Source of the DNA: Amoebidium appalachense
Lineage: Eukaryota > Protista > Ichthyosporea
NCBI GenBank assembly: GCA_963693365.1
Contig: CAVNZM010000006.1
Location: forward strand, 8,163,264 to 8,227,263
Direction: 5' to 3'
Length of the DNA: 64,000 nt
The notes beneath the pieces are model-generated. The model was not told the origin of the DNA. It worked only from the letters and a program-made list of their open reading frames with translations, and did no database searches. Shown here one piece after another: positions 1 to 35,157 of this stretch. The number at the start of each line of letters is the position of its first letter. Position 1 is the stretch's first letter. The position numbers and the translations under genes were made by a program.

Positions 1-484
1 GGGCAAAGGACGCAGTAGTGGTAGCTGGAAATGACGCAGTGGTAGCTAAAAATGAAGTAATGGCTACCAAGGCGCAACTACATTAGGTGACCGAGGAAGT
101 GAAGAAAGGGAGAACCAAAGAGCAAAAACTTGTAGTTAGATTCGCACTAGAAACCATTGCCGAAATTCAGCGTTATGGCGTACGCGGCAACAAAAGTAAC
201 CTCGCCGGGGACATATAACTACGGCGGATGCACTTATGCAGTTTTGTACAACCACGAAGTTTCACAACGAAATACGTCGAGCTGCGGACGGAAACGAGAG
301 AGAGCGAGTGGTCATCCAAGCCTTTGAATCATTGATTCCCTATGCCTCTATGCATTGCCGTCAGTTTATTCACGATCTCTCGGTGCCCGATCGTGATGGT
401 GTGTTTCAGACCACAGAACAGCGCATGGCCTTCGTGTGTGCTTGTCGTGCCGCAGAGCTGGATGGTTTAGAAACTCTTTTATAG
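1..484 (+). pseudogene. Unidentified coding-like fragment running off the left edge, with in-frame stops upstream of an 82-aa ORF
   Basis: Non-repetitive, codon-like sequence (ORF 236-484). The upstream reading has stops and no motif is recognised. Confidence 0.25.
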
Positions 485-1178
485 TCAGTGTACCATATTC
501 GGTTGTTCCGATGATCTTGCTGGTGGAGCATTCAACTATTTTTGCCCCCCGTGCCGGCGAGTTTTAGTCCTGACCATATATTTGGTTACTTTTGATGTAC
601 TGAGATCTCTCAAACATATGTATACAGTTCGCCCTAGCTGCCCCTTAGACTGCTGTTCAGCAAGCTTTATGATGCATGTTATTCCCCAACACTACGCTAG
701 TTTAATCAGCAACTACGTTTATAGTCGTATTAGAACATAAGAGGTATACGGTGTGGATATGTTGCGACTTGCCAACTACGTATAAGGACATGTGCTTGTG
801 CTTCAATCAATTGCTTGCTTGCTTACATGTATCATTTATATAATAATACGTAGAAACAAGATGCTGCTTCACCACACAATACACTTCAGAATTCTTCGAA
901 TCTTATTAGCTGCTCGAACTCTGTTGTACTACAAGAAAATACAACTTACCTATAGATAAAGCTAGGGTACAACTCAACCCAACTTGACATTGCCCCAAGT
1001 CTTCTCCCCATCTGATTGTACGTGCATGCAACTCCTGATTGTAGATCCTCCCATGATGATCCAACTCTTTCCAAGTTGCTCACTGTCCAAGGCCCTGCAG
1101 GGGCCGCACAGTTTTGTGCGCTTAAAGTTGGAAATAACTCTCTCTCTCTCTCTCCCTCCCTCCCTCCCTCCCCCCCCC

Positions 1179-1223
<45 letters not shown>

Positions 1224-1849
1224 TCCCTCTCCCTCTCCCTCTCCCTCTCCCTCTCTCCCTCTTGTCTCTCTCTCTCCCCCCCCCCTCCCCCCCTCCCTCT
1301 CCCTCTCTCCCTCTCTCCCTCTCTCTAACTCTCTCTCTCTCCTGTCCCTCTTTCCCTCTCTCCCTTTTTCCCTCTCTATCTCTCCTGTCCCCTCCCTCCC
1401 CTCCGCCCCTCTCCCCGCGCTCGTGTATACAGTACATACCCCTCTCTGTTCAGTCAGTCTGTTAGCAAATTGAACTGGAAAATGTAGTGATGCTACCGAA
1501 AACTTATGGTGTTACTAAGATTAGAAACCTAAAAGTAGATCTTTTCCAGACGGCCAATGATTTGTTGACTTCGTCTTACGGCTGCTCAAAGTATAACATA
1601 CAGTAACGTCCGATATACCCGGGCCCATGTTTTTTTCGATGTTCCTCGCAAGACAAGCACGCAACCTAAGGCGCCTTCACAAGATCTCAACCAACAACCC
1701 AAGTCATAACGGTGCAAGACCTCCCGGAATAAAGTCATTGAATTAAGTAGTGGCAAGAAAACACAGCTGGGTACCCCTTTTAGGTAGCCTTGGAATTACG
1801 TTATAAAGTCTTATTCCTCCCTTTATTTTTCTTTATTTACTGATCAAAA

Positions 1850-7902
<6,053 letters not shown>

Positions 7903-8309
7903 AGAGAAGGCATGCCATGTACATATACATTCCTTTGAACCCCAGTTTTTAGACAACATACGACATACCTGACACACATTTGATACATGGAAATTCTTTT
8001 TGCCATATATATATATACAGCTACAGAATAATTTCCATGTTGGCCTCATATGAACCGCAATTTGCGGCATATATCACAGACAATCGTGGAGATAATTATG
8101 TTTGTGAGAGTGATAGGCTGGTCAGAGTTGAATAAACTGTTGCCTCATTTCACCGCGGTATGCACCTAAGAGTCTCCTTTATTTTCTTCTTCACGATATT
8201 TTTTTGTTTCGTTTGTTTGTGTTGGTGCTCTTTTTTTTTTTTTTTTTTTTTTTTGCCCCTTTTGCCTTCGTGCTTTGTTTCGTGTTAAAAGTTGCCTTTT
8301 CGAAAAAAA

Positions 8310-8344
<35 letters not shown>

Positions 8345-8598
8345 ATGAGTGAGACGGAAGGTATAAATCCTGCATAGCGATAGATGGTACGTAACTTTTT
8401 AAAAAAAAACCCGACCGTGCAATACAAACAATCTCTCAAGAATGAAAACAAACGCATTTGTTGTAGTAAGCCGTATGGTTGCGCCGGAAATTTATAGTGA
8501 ACAATAAAACTTTCATAATTGAAAGTGATTTCTACCTCGTGTGCACATTGGCCATGACGTGCACGTCTCCGTTGCACAGTGATCCTCCCCCCTCCCCC

Positions 8599-8644
<46 letters not shown>

Positions 8645-8667
8645 TAAAAAAAAACGGCACACACGCG

Positions 8668-8853
<186 letters not shown>

Positions 8854-9241
8854 CCAATACAGAAAAGCAATTTGGCTCAACCATTAATGTACTTAATTCC
8901 TTGGGGCCAGCCCAATCGAATTTCCAAATTTAATCACATACACTTTGCATAGCCTATGCGCATACCATAAAAACATTTAATCAACTCGGCCTGAGTCCCC
9001 CCTCCCCCTTCCCCCTCCAAAAAAAAAAAAAAGGATTTTGCGCAAGAATTTTCGAGCGTTACAAACAAACATTTTTTACTGCTGCAAAAGCTCGCACGGT
9101 CCAAAATATATGATCAAAGATACAAAAGTTATCTGCTCCGGGCATGTGTGATATATTTTGGGTGTGTGAATGTTAAGGCAAAAGTGCATAATATACATAC
9201 GACAATCAGTTACTTCGAAACAGTATGAAGACAAGAATCCC

Positions 9242-9276
<35 letters not shown>

Positions 9277-9302
9277 AGACTCACGCACACACGCACGCAC
9301 TT

Positions 9303-9334
<32 letters not shown>

Positions 9335-9466
9335 CAACCCAACCCATCACCGTGGAAAATCTCGAACCTGGCAGAACACTGTAACCCTTCCATTCTTTCG
9401 TGTTTCGAGATCTCTTTTTGTTTGATTCCAACCCAACCCCACCTCCCCTCCCCGCCCCTCATCCGC

Positions 9467-9498
<32 letters not shown>

Positions 9499-9570
9499 TC
9501 CCCAACACCAACACCTCCCTGCGGCCCCTTACATTCCCCTCTCAGTCCCAACCCCACGTGCTTTGTATGT

Positions 9571-9601
<31 letters not shown>

Positions 9602-9677
9602 GGGGTAGGGGGAGGGTCTGTGAAAGTGTCTCCTTGCCCATGGTTGTTGCAAATCAATTAACACCGTGTAGGCCGGC

Positions 9678-15180
<5,503 letters not shown>

Positions 15181-15257
15181 TTTTCGTTGTTGTGTTGTGC
15201 TAGTAAAACCTTCTTCTAGAGCTACCACCTACTGAGGCGGTGTCTCCTTTTCCCTCT

Positions 15258-15303
<46 letters not shown>

Positions 15304-15862
15304 AAAAAGGGACAAGTAGATGTATAACGTCGCACGTGCGGCAACACGTCAGTACTCTAGAGCTATAACTCAGAGAAAAAGGATTATACAGGACAGTATT
15401 GCTTGCCGAAAAAGTTTCCGGTATTGGAGGGGCGTGATTGCGCAAACGGCTACGAAAGGTAGGAAATAAACAGAATATGTTACAACTTTCAACTAAATAT
15501 AGTAGACATTAAAGCGATATGAGTGGCTGAAACTGGTCAATCTAGACGTGCGTACGATATACAGAGAGGTACTTCATAGAATGTGGCATGTAAACATCAT
15601 GTACACGTGCATCTGTGTGCATTGCAGACAAGACTATTGGGGCGATTTTTCTCATTTTTGAAATTGAATTTTGAACGAGTTTTCTCATTTCTGTAGTACG
15701 ATCGCATAGGGAGAACCCTTGTGCTGTTCTAGACAAAGTATTGATCTCATCTTCCATCCACTCAGCTGCATTTTGAAACTATACGTACACCCACTTATAC
15801 TCAAGTGCATTTTCACTTGCCATTCTAGTAGGTAGTTGACTCTTGAAACACGAACCGTAAAC
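15181..15862. promoter_or_regulatory. Probable bidirectional promoter between C8orf33 and the NOL7-like gene
   Basis: Divergent start codons about 680 bp apart, with no dinucleotide microsatellites between them. Confidence 0.55.
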
Positions 15863-17398
15863 ATGCCACCCAAGAAAACACCTCTACCAGCACGCACGCC
15901 ACGCACGCGCTCGCGCGCAAACCTCCCTCCCACCCCGGATGAACCCCCAGTGGATCTAAACGGTGAGGGAGAGCAGGAGGTCCAGCAGGTTACAGCAAAA
16001 CGGGCAGGGAGGAAAAGAACGACTAACGCGACTGAAACGAAAAAGAAAGGAAACAAGAAACAGGAAGATGTGGTGGTTGCTGTAGAGGAACAGAAAGACG
16101 GCGGAGAAGAGGAAGTGGCGCAAGCGAAAACATCGACTTTGAAAAAGAGAAAGGTGGAGCAGGAAAAGGGGGAGGAAGTGGAGGAGAAGAAGGAAACGAA
16201 TTCAACACAAACGAAAGGGAAAAAACAACTGGGAGATGTGGCGGTTGCTGTGGAGGAACAGAAGGATGGAGAGGAAAAGGAAGTGGTGCAAGCGAAAACA
16301 TCGACCTTGAAAAAGAGAAAGGTGGAGAAGGAAGTGGAGGAGGAGGAAGAGGAAAAGAAGGAAGCGAAAACAACAAAAACGAAAGGAAGAAAGAAACAGG
16401 AAGATGTGATGGTTGCTGTGGAGGAACAGAAAGACGGCGGAGGTGAGGAAGTGGTGCAAGCGAAAACATCGACTTTGAAAAAGAGAAAGGTGGAACAGGA
16501 AAAGGGGGATGAAGCAGAGGAAAAGAAGGAATCGAAACCATCCACACTGAAAAAGAGAAAAGTGAGTGAGGGAGAGGGGGAGGTTGCGGCTGAGGTTTCG
16601 CACGTTACACCAGCGAGAGAAAAGGGGACTAAGGAGGAAGAACAGGAACCGGGAACCGGGAAAACGACGAAAACGAAAAAGACGCCAAAAGCCAAGCCGG
16701 ACACTGTTAACACCGAAAATACGACCGCAAAGACACCGAAATCCGACACGCCGTCACAAGAGGACACACAAACAGGCAAAAAGAAAACAGGGGCAAAGAA
16801 ATCGACACAGAAAACACCCGTAAACGAGGCAAAAGACTCTTTGGAAGACAACATGAGCGAGAAAAAGTCATCAAAGAAGCAGAAAGCGGAAACGGTGGTA
16901 GTAGAGGAAGAAGCGATAGAGGTTGTGGTTGTGGAAGCGATTCAAACAGAGGAGAAATCGGAAAAGAAAACTACGGAAAAGAGGAAAGAAAGGGAGAGCA
17001 ATGTTGTCGAGGTTCAAAACAAAACAGCGAAATCCGCAACCAAGTCGACGGCTAAGAAAACGAATGAATTCGCGAATGCGGATGTGGAGGTGGTTCAGGC
17101 GGCGCGCACACCCACGAGTAAGAAGATTGTTTTCGACGATGAGGAGGAGGAGGGAGAGGATGCGGAGGACATTTTGGAAGCGGCACGGGCACGACAGATG
17201 CAGGCAAAGGTGGGTGGGTGCCATGGTGGCGTGTGCTCTTTCTGCACAGACACACGTGCATGTGCGTGCGAGCAGAATTATACACGGAGAACTCCAAACA
17301 CACATACGCACACATGCACACCAGTGTTTGTGCAGGACTTACTAAAAACCTGTCCTTCACTCTCCGTCCTTAGCAGCCCCGCCCCTCCCTGTCCCCCC

Positions 17399-17430
<32 letters not shown>

Positions 17431-18220
17431 TTTGCCCACCCTGCTTGAGAAGGCTAGGAGGGGGGGGTTGGAGGGGTCTAAGGAGGGAGGATGCATCTTT
17501 TTCTTCGGGAAGGGGAATGGAGGGGGGGAAGGGAGCAGGAGGCGGATGGATAGAGGGGGGTTTGAAGTTTCGGAAGGAATCTCACACAGGCGCAATGCTG
17601 AAATAAGTCACTTCGCATGCAGGCGAGCCTTTTTATTCCGATGTTTTCTGTTTTCCTTGGTTTCTCACGCTTACAACACCTCCCCCCCACTCCCCGCCCT
17701 CCCTTACCCCCTACCCCTTGGGGACGGTCCCCCCCCCCCCCCCCCCCCCCCCCCCGTACCAATCTTTCAATCCGTGACATTTTTTTTCATGCCTCCCTTG
17801 GATTGAATTCTCCCCCCCTCCCCCTCCCCCCCCCCCCCCCCCTCACACACACACACACACACGTGCGTTCACACACAGAGTGAGGTATACTCAATTAATG
17901 CACACACATTCATCCAAACGTGCCCGTCCCTCCTCCTCCTTACTATGTACCAAATCCCGCCTGCTCTACATGCCTTGCATCATGCATACGAGTGGATACA
18001 ATCAAATCCACGCTCACGCTTACACCCAAACACGCACACACAACGTATAAGCCTTGCCATAGTGGCACATATACAGACACAGAGATCACACACTCACCCT
18101 TCTCTCTTGCTCTCTCTCTCTCCTCCCCCTGCCGACCCCCCCTATCCGATTACCCCCAGTGTAAAGTCGCAGATTTTATACCTGCTTTGGCCTTTTATTT
18201 TTATTTTTTCGCTTTCCTAC

Positions 18221-18253
<33 letters not shown>

Positions 18254-18356
18254 CCGTCCCCGCCCCATCTATGTTTGTGTCGCCAAATGCATCGCAAAGC
18301 CTCTCACTCACACATTCACCTTTACGAAACCACCCCCACCTGCCCCTCCCATCCCT

Positions 18357-18411
<55 letters not shown>

Positions 18412-18841
18412 ACACGCGCGCACGGGGAAAAACACATAGACAACTTCATAAACACATACGCGCACACACACACACACACGTACACATACACACACACACA
18501 CACACGTACACAGAAACCTGAAGAGGACGAAGACGAAGACGCGGCTCCGGAGGCCGTCGGGTTCGGGCAGGCGCGGGAGGTGATCGAATCGGAGACGCAG
18601 GCGATCAGGGAGGCTCTATCAAAGGAGATGGAAGAGGGTAGAAAGAGGCGGAAGGAAAAGGATGAGAGAAATAAGAGCCAGAAGGAGTCAAAGAGGACAC
18701 GGTTGAGCCTGGACTTTTTGAAGGCGGTGGCGGAGCAGAGGGACGGGGAGGAGGAGGAGGAGGGTGCGGAGGGGGAGGGGGAGGAGATGGAGGAGGTGAA
18801 GAAACCGAAGGTGTGTGTGTGTGTGTATGGTGTGTGTGTAT

Positions 18842-18874
<33 letters not shown>

Positions 18875-19716
18875 CTGGATGGGTGGATGGGTAAATGTGT
18901 GTGGGGGTGTGCGGGATGAGAGGGTGGGGTTGGGTGATTGGGTGGTTAGGTGACCGTGGATGTGGATGTGTAGGTAGGTGTGTGTGTGCGACATGGGCGT
19001 GGTGAGAGGGCCTGGGTGTGTGTTGTTGGGATGTGCGGTGGAGGTTTCACGATTTGTGGGTGTGGGTCCTTGTGGATGTATGTTTGTCTGTGTAAGGAAT
19101 TCATGTTGGTTCCTTTTTTTTTTTGCCTTTTTCGGCGGGGGGGGGAGGGGGGGGGGGGGAAGTAGGAGGAACATGTGTGGGGGGTTGTGTAGGTGTGTGT
19201 GTGTGTGTGGTGTGATCTTGTGGTGTCGTTCTTGTGCCAACTTGTCGTGAGTCTTCCCGTGTGTCTAGTGTTTTGGGCTGTGTCCATGCGACCGGAGCCC
19301 TGGAGGGGGGAGGGGGAGACCCGGGGAGAAGGGGGGGGGGGGGGGGGGGGGGGGGGGAACAGGGTGGTATGTGTATGCCAAAATCCCCCTGCCCTCTCTC
19401 ACCCACCACTACCGCCACACCACCGACAAAAAGAAATGCAATGGGGACAAGAATAATGAAGGAAAAAGGAAAAGAAAAGAATCGAAACCAACACCAAAAA
19501 AAGAATTGAGCGAGGAAGGGTGGTGGGTGGTTTTTTTTTGTTTGTTTGTTTGTTTGTTTTTTTTGGGGGGGGGGGGGGGGGGGGGGGGGGGGTAGAAGCC
19601 CACATACACATGTGTAGGATCTCAAAAATCTCTTGGCTTTGCTCCACCCCTGTGTGTCCTTTTGTCATGCTAACAGTACTTTCTCTCTTCTCGCTTTGCC
19701 TCCCAATGCCCGTTCC

Positions 19717-19752
<36 letters not shown>

Positions 19753-19812
19753 ACCCCACCCCCACCCACCCCACCCTTCACCCCATCTCCCTCTGGATAC
19801 CTGTCCCCCCCT

Positions 19813-19844
<32 letters not shown>

Positions 19845-19946
19845 ACCCCCTTTTCTCTCGCTCTTCTTCTCGGTCCCCTCCCCCCTCCCCCCATCCTGCC
19901 GCACACGCCATGCACACACGCGCGCGCGCGCGTACCCCGCAACCCC

Positions 19947-20020
<74 letters not shown>

Positions 20021-20217
20021 GCAAGCACGCACGCTTCGAGGATGAGGACCAACCGTTTAAACTCGTTCGGATGGCCGAGATGGAAAAGAACACACGCGCT
20101 GTAGACGATAAAGCACTGTCGTTTCTCAAACAAAACCTCATAGGGGACAGGATTAAGCGGCAGCAGGCAAAACCACGGAGCCTACGTGCTTCAAAGTTTT
20201 TCGTTAAAGCAAAGTAG
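15863..20217 (+). CDS. NOL7: NOL7/Bud21-like nucleolar (U3 snoRNP-associated) protein with a long K/E-rich repeat N-terminus; exons 15863-17209, 18514-18810, 20020-20217
   Basis: Three exons joined by phase-0 GT-AG introns. DEDAAPEAVGFGQAREVIE..RKRRKEKDERNKSQK..RLSLDFLKAV and C-terminal KALSFLKQNLIGDRIKR..ASKFF resemble NOL7 and its NUC129 tail. The gene structure is secure; orthology is moderately sure. Confidence 0.72.
16050..16565 (+). repeat. Coding tandem repeat, ~168-nt (56-aa) unit, 3 copies plus a partial
   Basis: KKQxDVxVAVEEQKDGxxEEVxQAKTSTLKKRKVE recurs. GCTGTRGAGGAACAG occurs at about 16079, 16247 and 16415. Confidence 0.9.
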
Positions 20218-20482
20218 GTTTCTGTTGTAGAAGCTGGCGGAAGGGATGGTGGAATGTGGTATTTGGGGTGTTGGAATGTGTGTGTGTGTGTGTGCATGTA
20301 TGAAGGTGTGTTGTGTGAGTGGTGTGTGGTGAGTAGAGGGCCGGGGGGGGGGGGGGGGGGGGGATGATGAATTGGCGGGTACGGCCAAATGCTGTCGTCC
20401 GTTTTTTTGGATTTTATTCAAAACTGTTTTTGTCTCTTGTCGCCTAACATGTTATTGTATTCTTAGACATTTTTGTTTTTCG

Positions 20483-20529
<47 letters not shown>

Positions 20530-22514
20530 GCCTTCTGTTCTGCAAGGTGTATTTTTTTCAGGTGATGTTTCATGCAATCTAGTGATTAATTCCCCTCTTT
20601 ACGATGTGGTAGCATTTTATCATGTCTTTTGATGTACCGAGACTTTTTGGTGTGTGTGTGTGTGTGTGTTGTGTGTGTGTTGTGTGTGTGTGGGGGGGGG
20701 GGGGGGGGGGGGGGACACATAGTATCGTCTCCTTCTGTGTCTAGAATTATACCTGAAAGCGAGAATTTGATGACTCATGCACAATATGTGCAATGCGTTC
20801 GTATATCTTGTGCAGATTCTTTCTGATTAGATAGTGGGATTTTCATAACTGTTCAATATGCGACTATGTTCAGTGTGGCATTTCGTAGATCTGGTCACCG
20901 ATTTGGGTGTGCACGTGACGCACACACAAATATGGAGTTTCATATGCATATGGCTTGCTGGGCAGGTGCAAATTTTAAAGTAACAGATCTATGAAGCTAT
21001 GATATAGTCACTGTGCACTGTGAAACGTAACAACCTGGATCAAGTATACAAGGACATGTGTGTATGTGGAGAAAGGTGGTGACGGTTTGCCCGTCTTTAG
21101 CTGTGTTTGCACTTTTTATTCCCAAAAGATACCTATAATATGTGGGCACAAACACGCAATGTGACCCGAACACAGACGCACAAATATTCGCACACACACA
21201 CACACAAGCACAAAGGAGAGAGACAATATCCACATATACACGTGTACACAATGTGCACCCACGCGAGCACGCGGGAATGGTGTGTTGCCTCATGCACACA
21301 CGCATGAATGCACGCAAACCCACATGTCGTGTGCACGGCTTACACACACAGTCACACGGTGACACACACACGCACAAACAATAGTAGAAACTGATTCAAG
21401 GGACACACACACACACGCACAATGTCATGTACACATTGTCAAGCACATGGACGACGCACACCACCCACGCGCGCACACGTGACACACACACACTGTCAGT
21501 CACAGTGCCACGGACGCACGCGACATCACACACCCACGTGCACGCACAGCGCGCGCGCGCGCGCGTACAAATAGGCCTGTCACTGCTGTTACAAGACAAA
21601 AATGTGCATGCAGGCACCTTCGTCAGAAGTTACTCAATTGCAGCTATTCCAGGGAAGACTTAGTGTGAGTCGTGACGTCGATATTTACCATGGCCAGCAT
21701 CTCTTTCTATGAATAATTGATTTCATTGGAATTGCGCACGTGTGCATACATCCACCTACTCGTACATGAAAATGAAACGCTTGCGTTGTTACGCGCGTGC
21801 TTGGTTCCTAGCTACGTGCGTGACACAGGCGCGCTCGTGCAGCTGCAGCACGGCACATGACTAATATAGTACTATCGCTGTGCACGTGATCGGATTCCAT
21901 CATTTCCATGGAAAGTTCTAAGAGATCCAAAAGATATTCAGCGCTCCGATTGGCTCGGAGAGCACCATGCCTTGCTCCAAATAGATCTAGATCTTTCTTT
22001 CTGAGAATAGCGCAGTGTGGGGGAAGCTGTGTGGGGACGGGATAGCGCGCGTGAATTTGCACGCTGCATGTAAACCTCCGGTCAAAACGTAACTTACGGC
22101 GATAGTATGTGGGGTAAACCTACCCTTTCTTTTCTGTCACACGGTAAGAACGGGTGAAACATGTGTCTGGTAGAAGCGGAAACGTTTTTTCACTGACCCG
22201 CTAACTAGGCCGGAATAGCCTGAGTGCATATGCACCTGAACGGGTTTTCAAATGTGCTCACAAAACGGTAATGAATGCTAACAATTGTATGAGAAACGAC
22301 GTCAATTTCTTTCTTAATAACGAAATTTTTTCTTTCACACAGGAGAAAAAATTGTGCTCCTAACAGTCGAGATTTTTTGATACGAAGGCCTGTCTTTGTG
22401 TTAATTAGCAGAAACTTTTTGCTTCTTCTTGGAGCCTTACAAGGACTTGCACGAAAACTTTAGCTGAACCTCCTCGCTATCCCAACTATTGGGTTCAATT
22501 TTAACAAAACGAAA

Positions 22515-33217
<10,703 letters not shown>

Positions 33218-33239
<22 letters not shown>

Positions 33240-33930
33240 TGACTTATGATTACATATCTGGAAAGAAATCCGTTTATGGCCACTTAAATGTGATAGGCTC
33301 TAGCGGCTATAATATGGAAGGATATCATTAGATGGTCTTATGAATGTACTCCTGGCGATATGTGGGTGATAGGGTGTAGTTACTGATGATTGCTTAATAT
33401 GGAAAGATTTACATACGTGGTCACGTGAATGTACTTCATACAGGTGAAAGGGTGTGGCAACTGATAAATCGAATTGCTTGATATGAAAGATAACCATATA
33501 TGGCAAATGAACGATCTACATAAATGTAGGTGATAGGGTGTAGCAATTGATAGTTACTAATTATGGAGGGATATGCATATATGGTCACATGAATGTACTC
33601 CACCAATGTAGGTGATAGGGTGTGGCATATCAATGCATCATACCTAAGGATTTCCAAACATGGATGCATAATGTACTCCACAAATGTAGTTGATAGGGTG
33701 TGGCAACTGGTAAGTGCCCTATATAAAAGAATATCATCATAGTATATATGTGCACATGAAATTAAGTGTATGTGATAAGGTGAAGCGATTGATGATTGCT
33801 TGATATGGAAGGACATCTATATTTGGTAACATGAATGTACTCACCTTGTACAAATTTGGGTGATAGAGTGTAAGTGACAATTGCTTATTATAATTGTATC
33901 TATGTATGGTCACATGAATGTAGTACAACA
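33218..33930 (+). repeat. Degenerate minisatellite (unit roughly 80-90 bp) overlapping the GPCR stop codon
   Basis: AATGTAGGTGATAGGGTGT and GGTCACATGAATGTACT motifs recur about 7-8 times. Confidence 0.8.
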
Positions 33931-34181
33931 GACTGTCAATCTTGGTACACATACAATATGCAAATAACTCACAAATTTACGGGTCGCTCGCTAAACTTTG
34001 GCAGTCAAATCCTCAGAAACCCCATAGAAACCCCCAGAAAGAAGTATTTTTTGTCTGCTACTATCTTATTTCCGGGACTCTGATATGTGACATCTAAGCG
34101 CCTGTTCTTCCTTACGTTGAGTCCGATTGAATATTGTAGGACAACTCGGGGGACTCAGGGGCCGGGGGAGGGAGAGAGAGA

Positions 34182-34238
<57 letters not shown>

Positions 34239-35101
34239 CGTTTTTGCACCCACATCTATCATCGGTGGAAACAAGAAGTCACTGATGAAGAACGATTCGA
34301 CAATTTACAAGGGGGGGGGGGGGAGGGGGGGGGGGGGGGGGGGAGGCTGCGGATTTCGCAACGTAAGAGGACTAGTCAGGAGCAGGGGTGTGTGGATATG
34401 TACGTGGGTTTCACGGGGTGTGGGGTGTGTGTGTGTGTGTGTCTGTTTTTTTTTCTTCTTTTCTTTTCGTTTTTTTTTTCTTTTTTTTTTTTTTTTGGGG
34501 GGGGGGGGGATACAATGATGAACTGAGTGCCTCATTGACAACCGTTATGCCGCGCAGTGTGTACATGTTGCATGTGTGTGTTTTCATTGTCAGTGCGTGT
34601 GTGTATGTGGCAGCAGTGGTGGGTGGTGATTGTGACATGTATGTATGTACGTGGGTGCACGTGCGGGCAGGGGGCACATGCAGCTTTTCATCCTCTTTGA
34701 ACTCTTTTGTTCTGAAATCAAGAGCCAAGATGTTGGTTTTGACCTCTGGGGCATACTTCTTCAACTACTGAGACTGCCAGGATATACATACTACATTGTC
34801 AGCATGAAAATTGAACACGTTTACTCTTAACATGCAAACATTGACTGCTAGCTCTTAGAAACATTTCAAACTGTACAAATTTGCATTCGTTTTTGGTACA
34901 ATTCACGTTCATCCGCAGTCACCTTTTAGAAAACCCATTGCCAATTTACATACGTCATGAACCTCCACCTCGGCTCGTCCCATTCATTCATAGATCTTTC
35001 CTTTCGCAAACACGAATACTATCTCACAACCTGACTACATTTTCACTACGTATGCAGCAGTGTTAACAAAGACCTGAACCACACCTTCATTCCCATGAAG
35101 A

Positions 35102-35133
<32 letters not shown>

Positions 35134-35157
35134 CGCAATCCAAGTAGATACTTGGCC

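Noticed and set aside
15685-16854. 389-aa minus-strand ORF
   Set aside because: It is the antisense shadow of the purine-rich NOL7-like exon 1.
34080-35060. Possible small exons on the minus strand (e.g. LKKYAPEVKTNILALDFRTKEF)
   Set aside because: I could not build a phase-consistent, recognisable gene; it may be a decayed gene.
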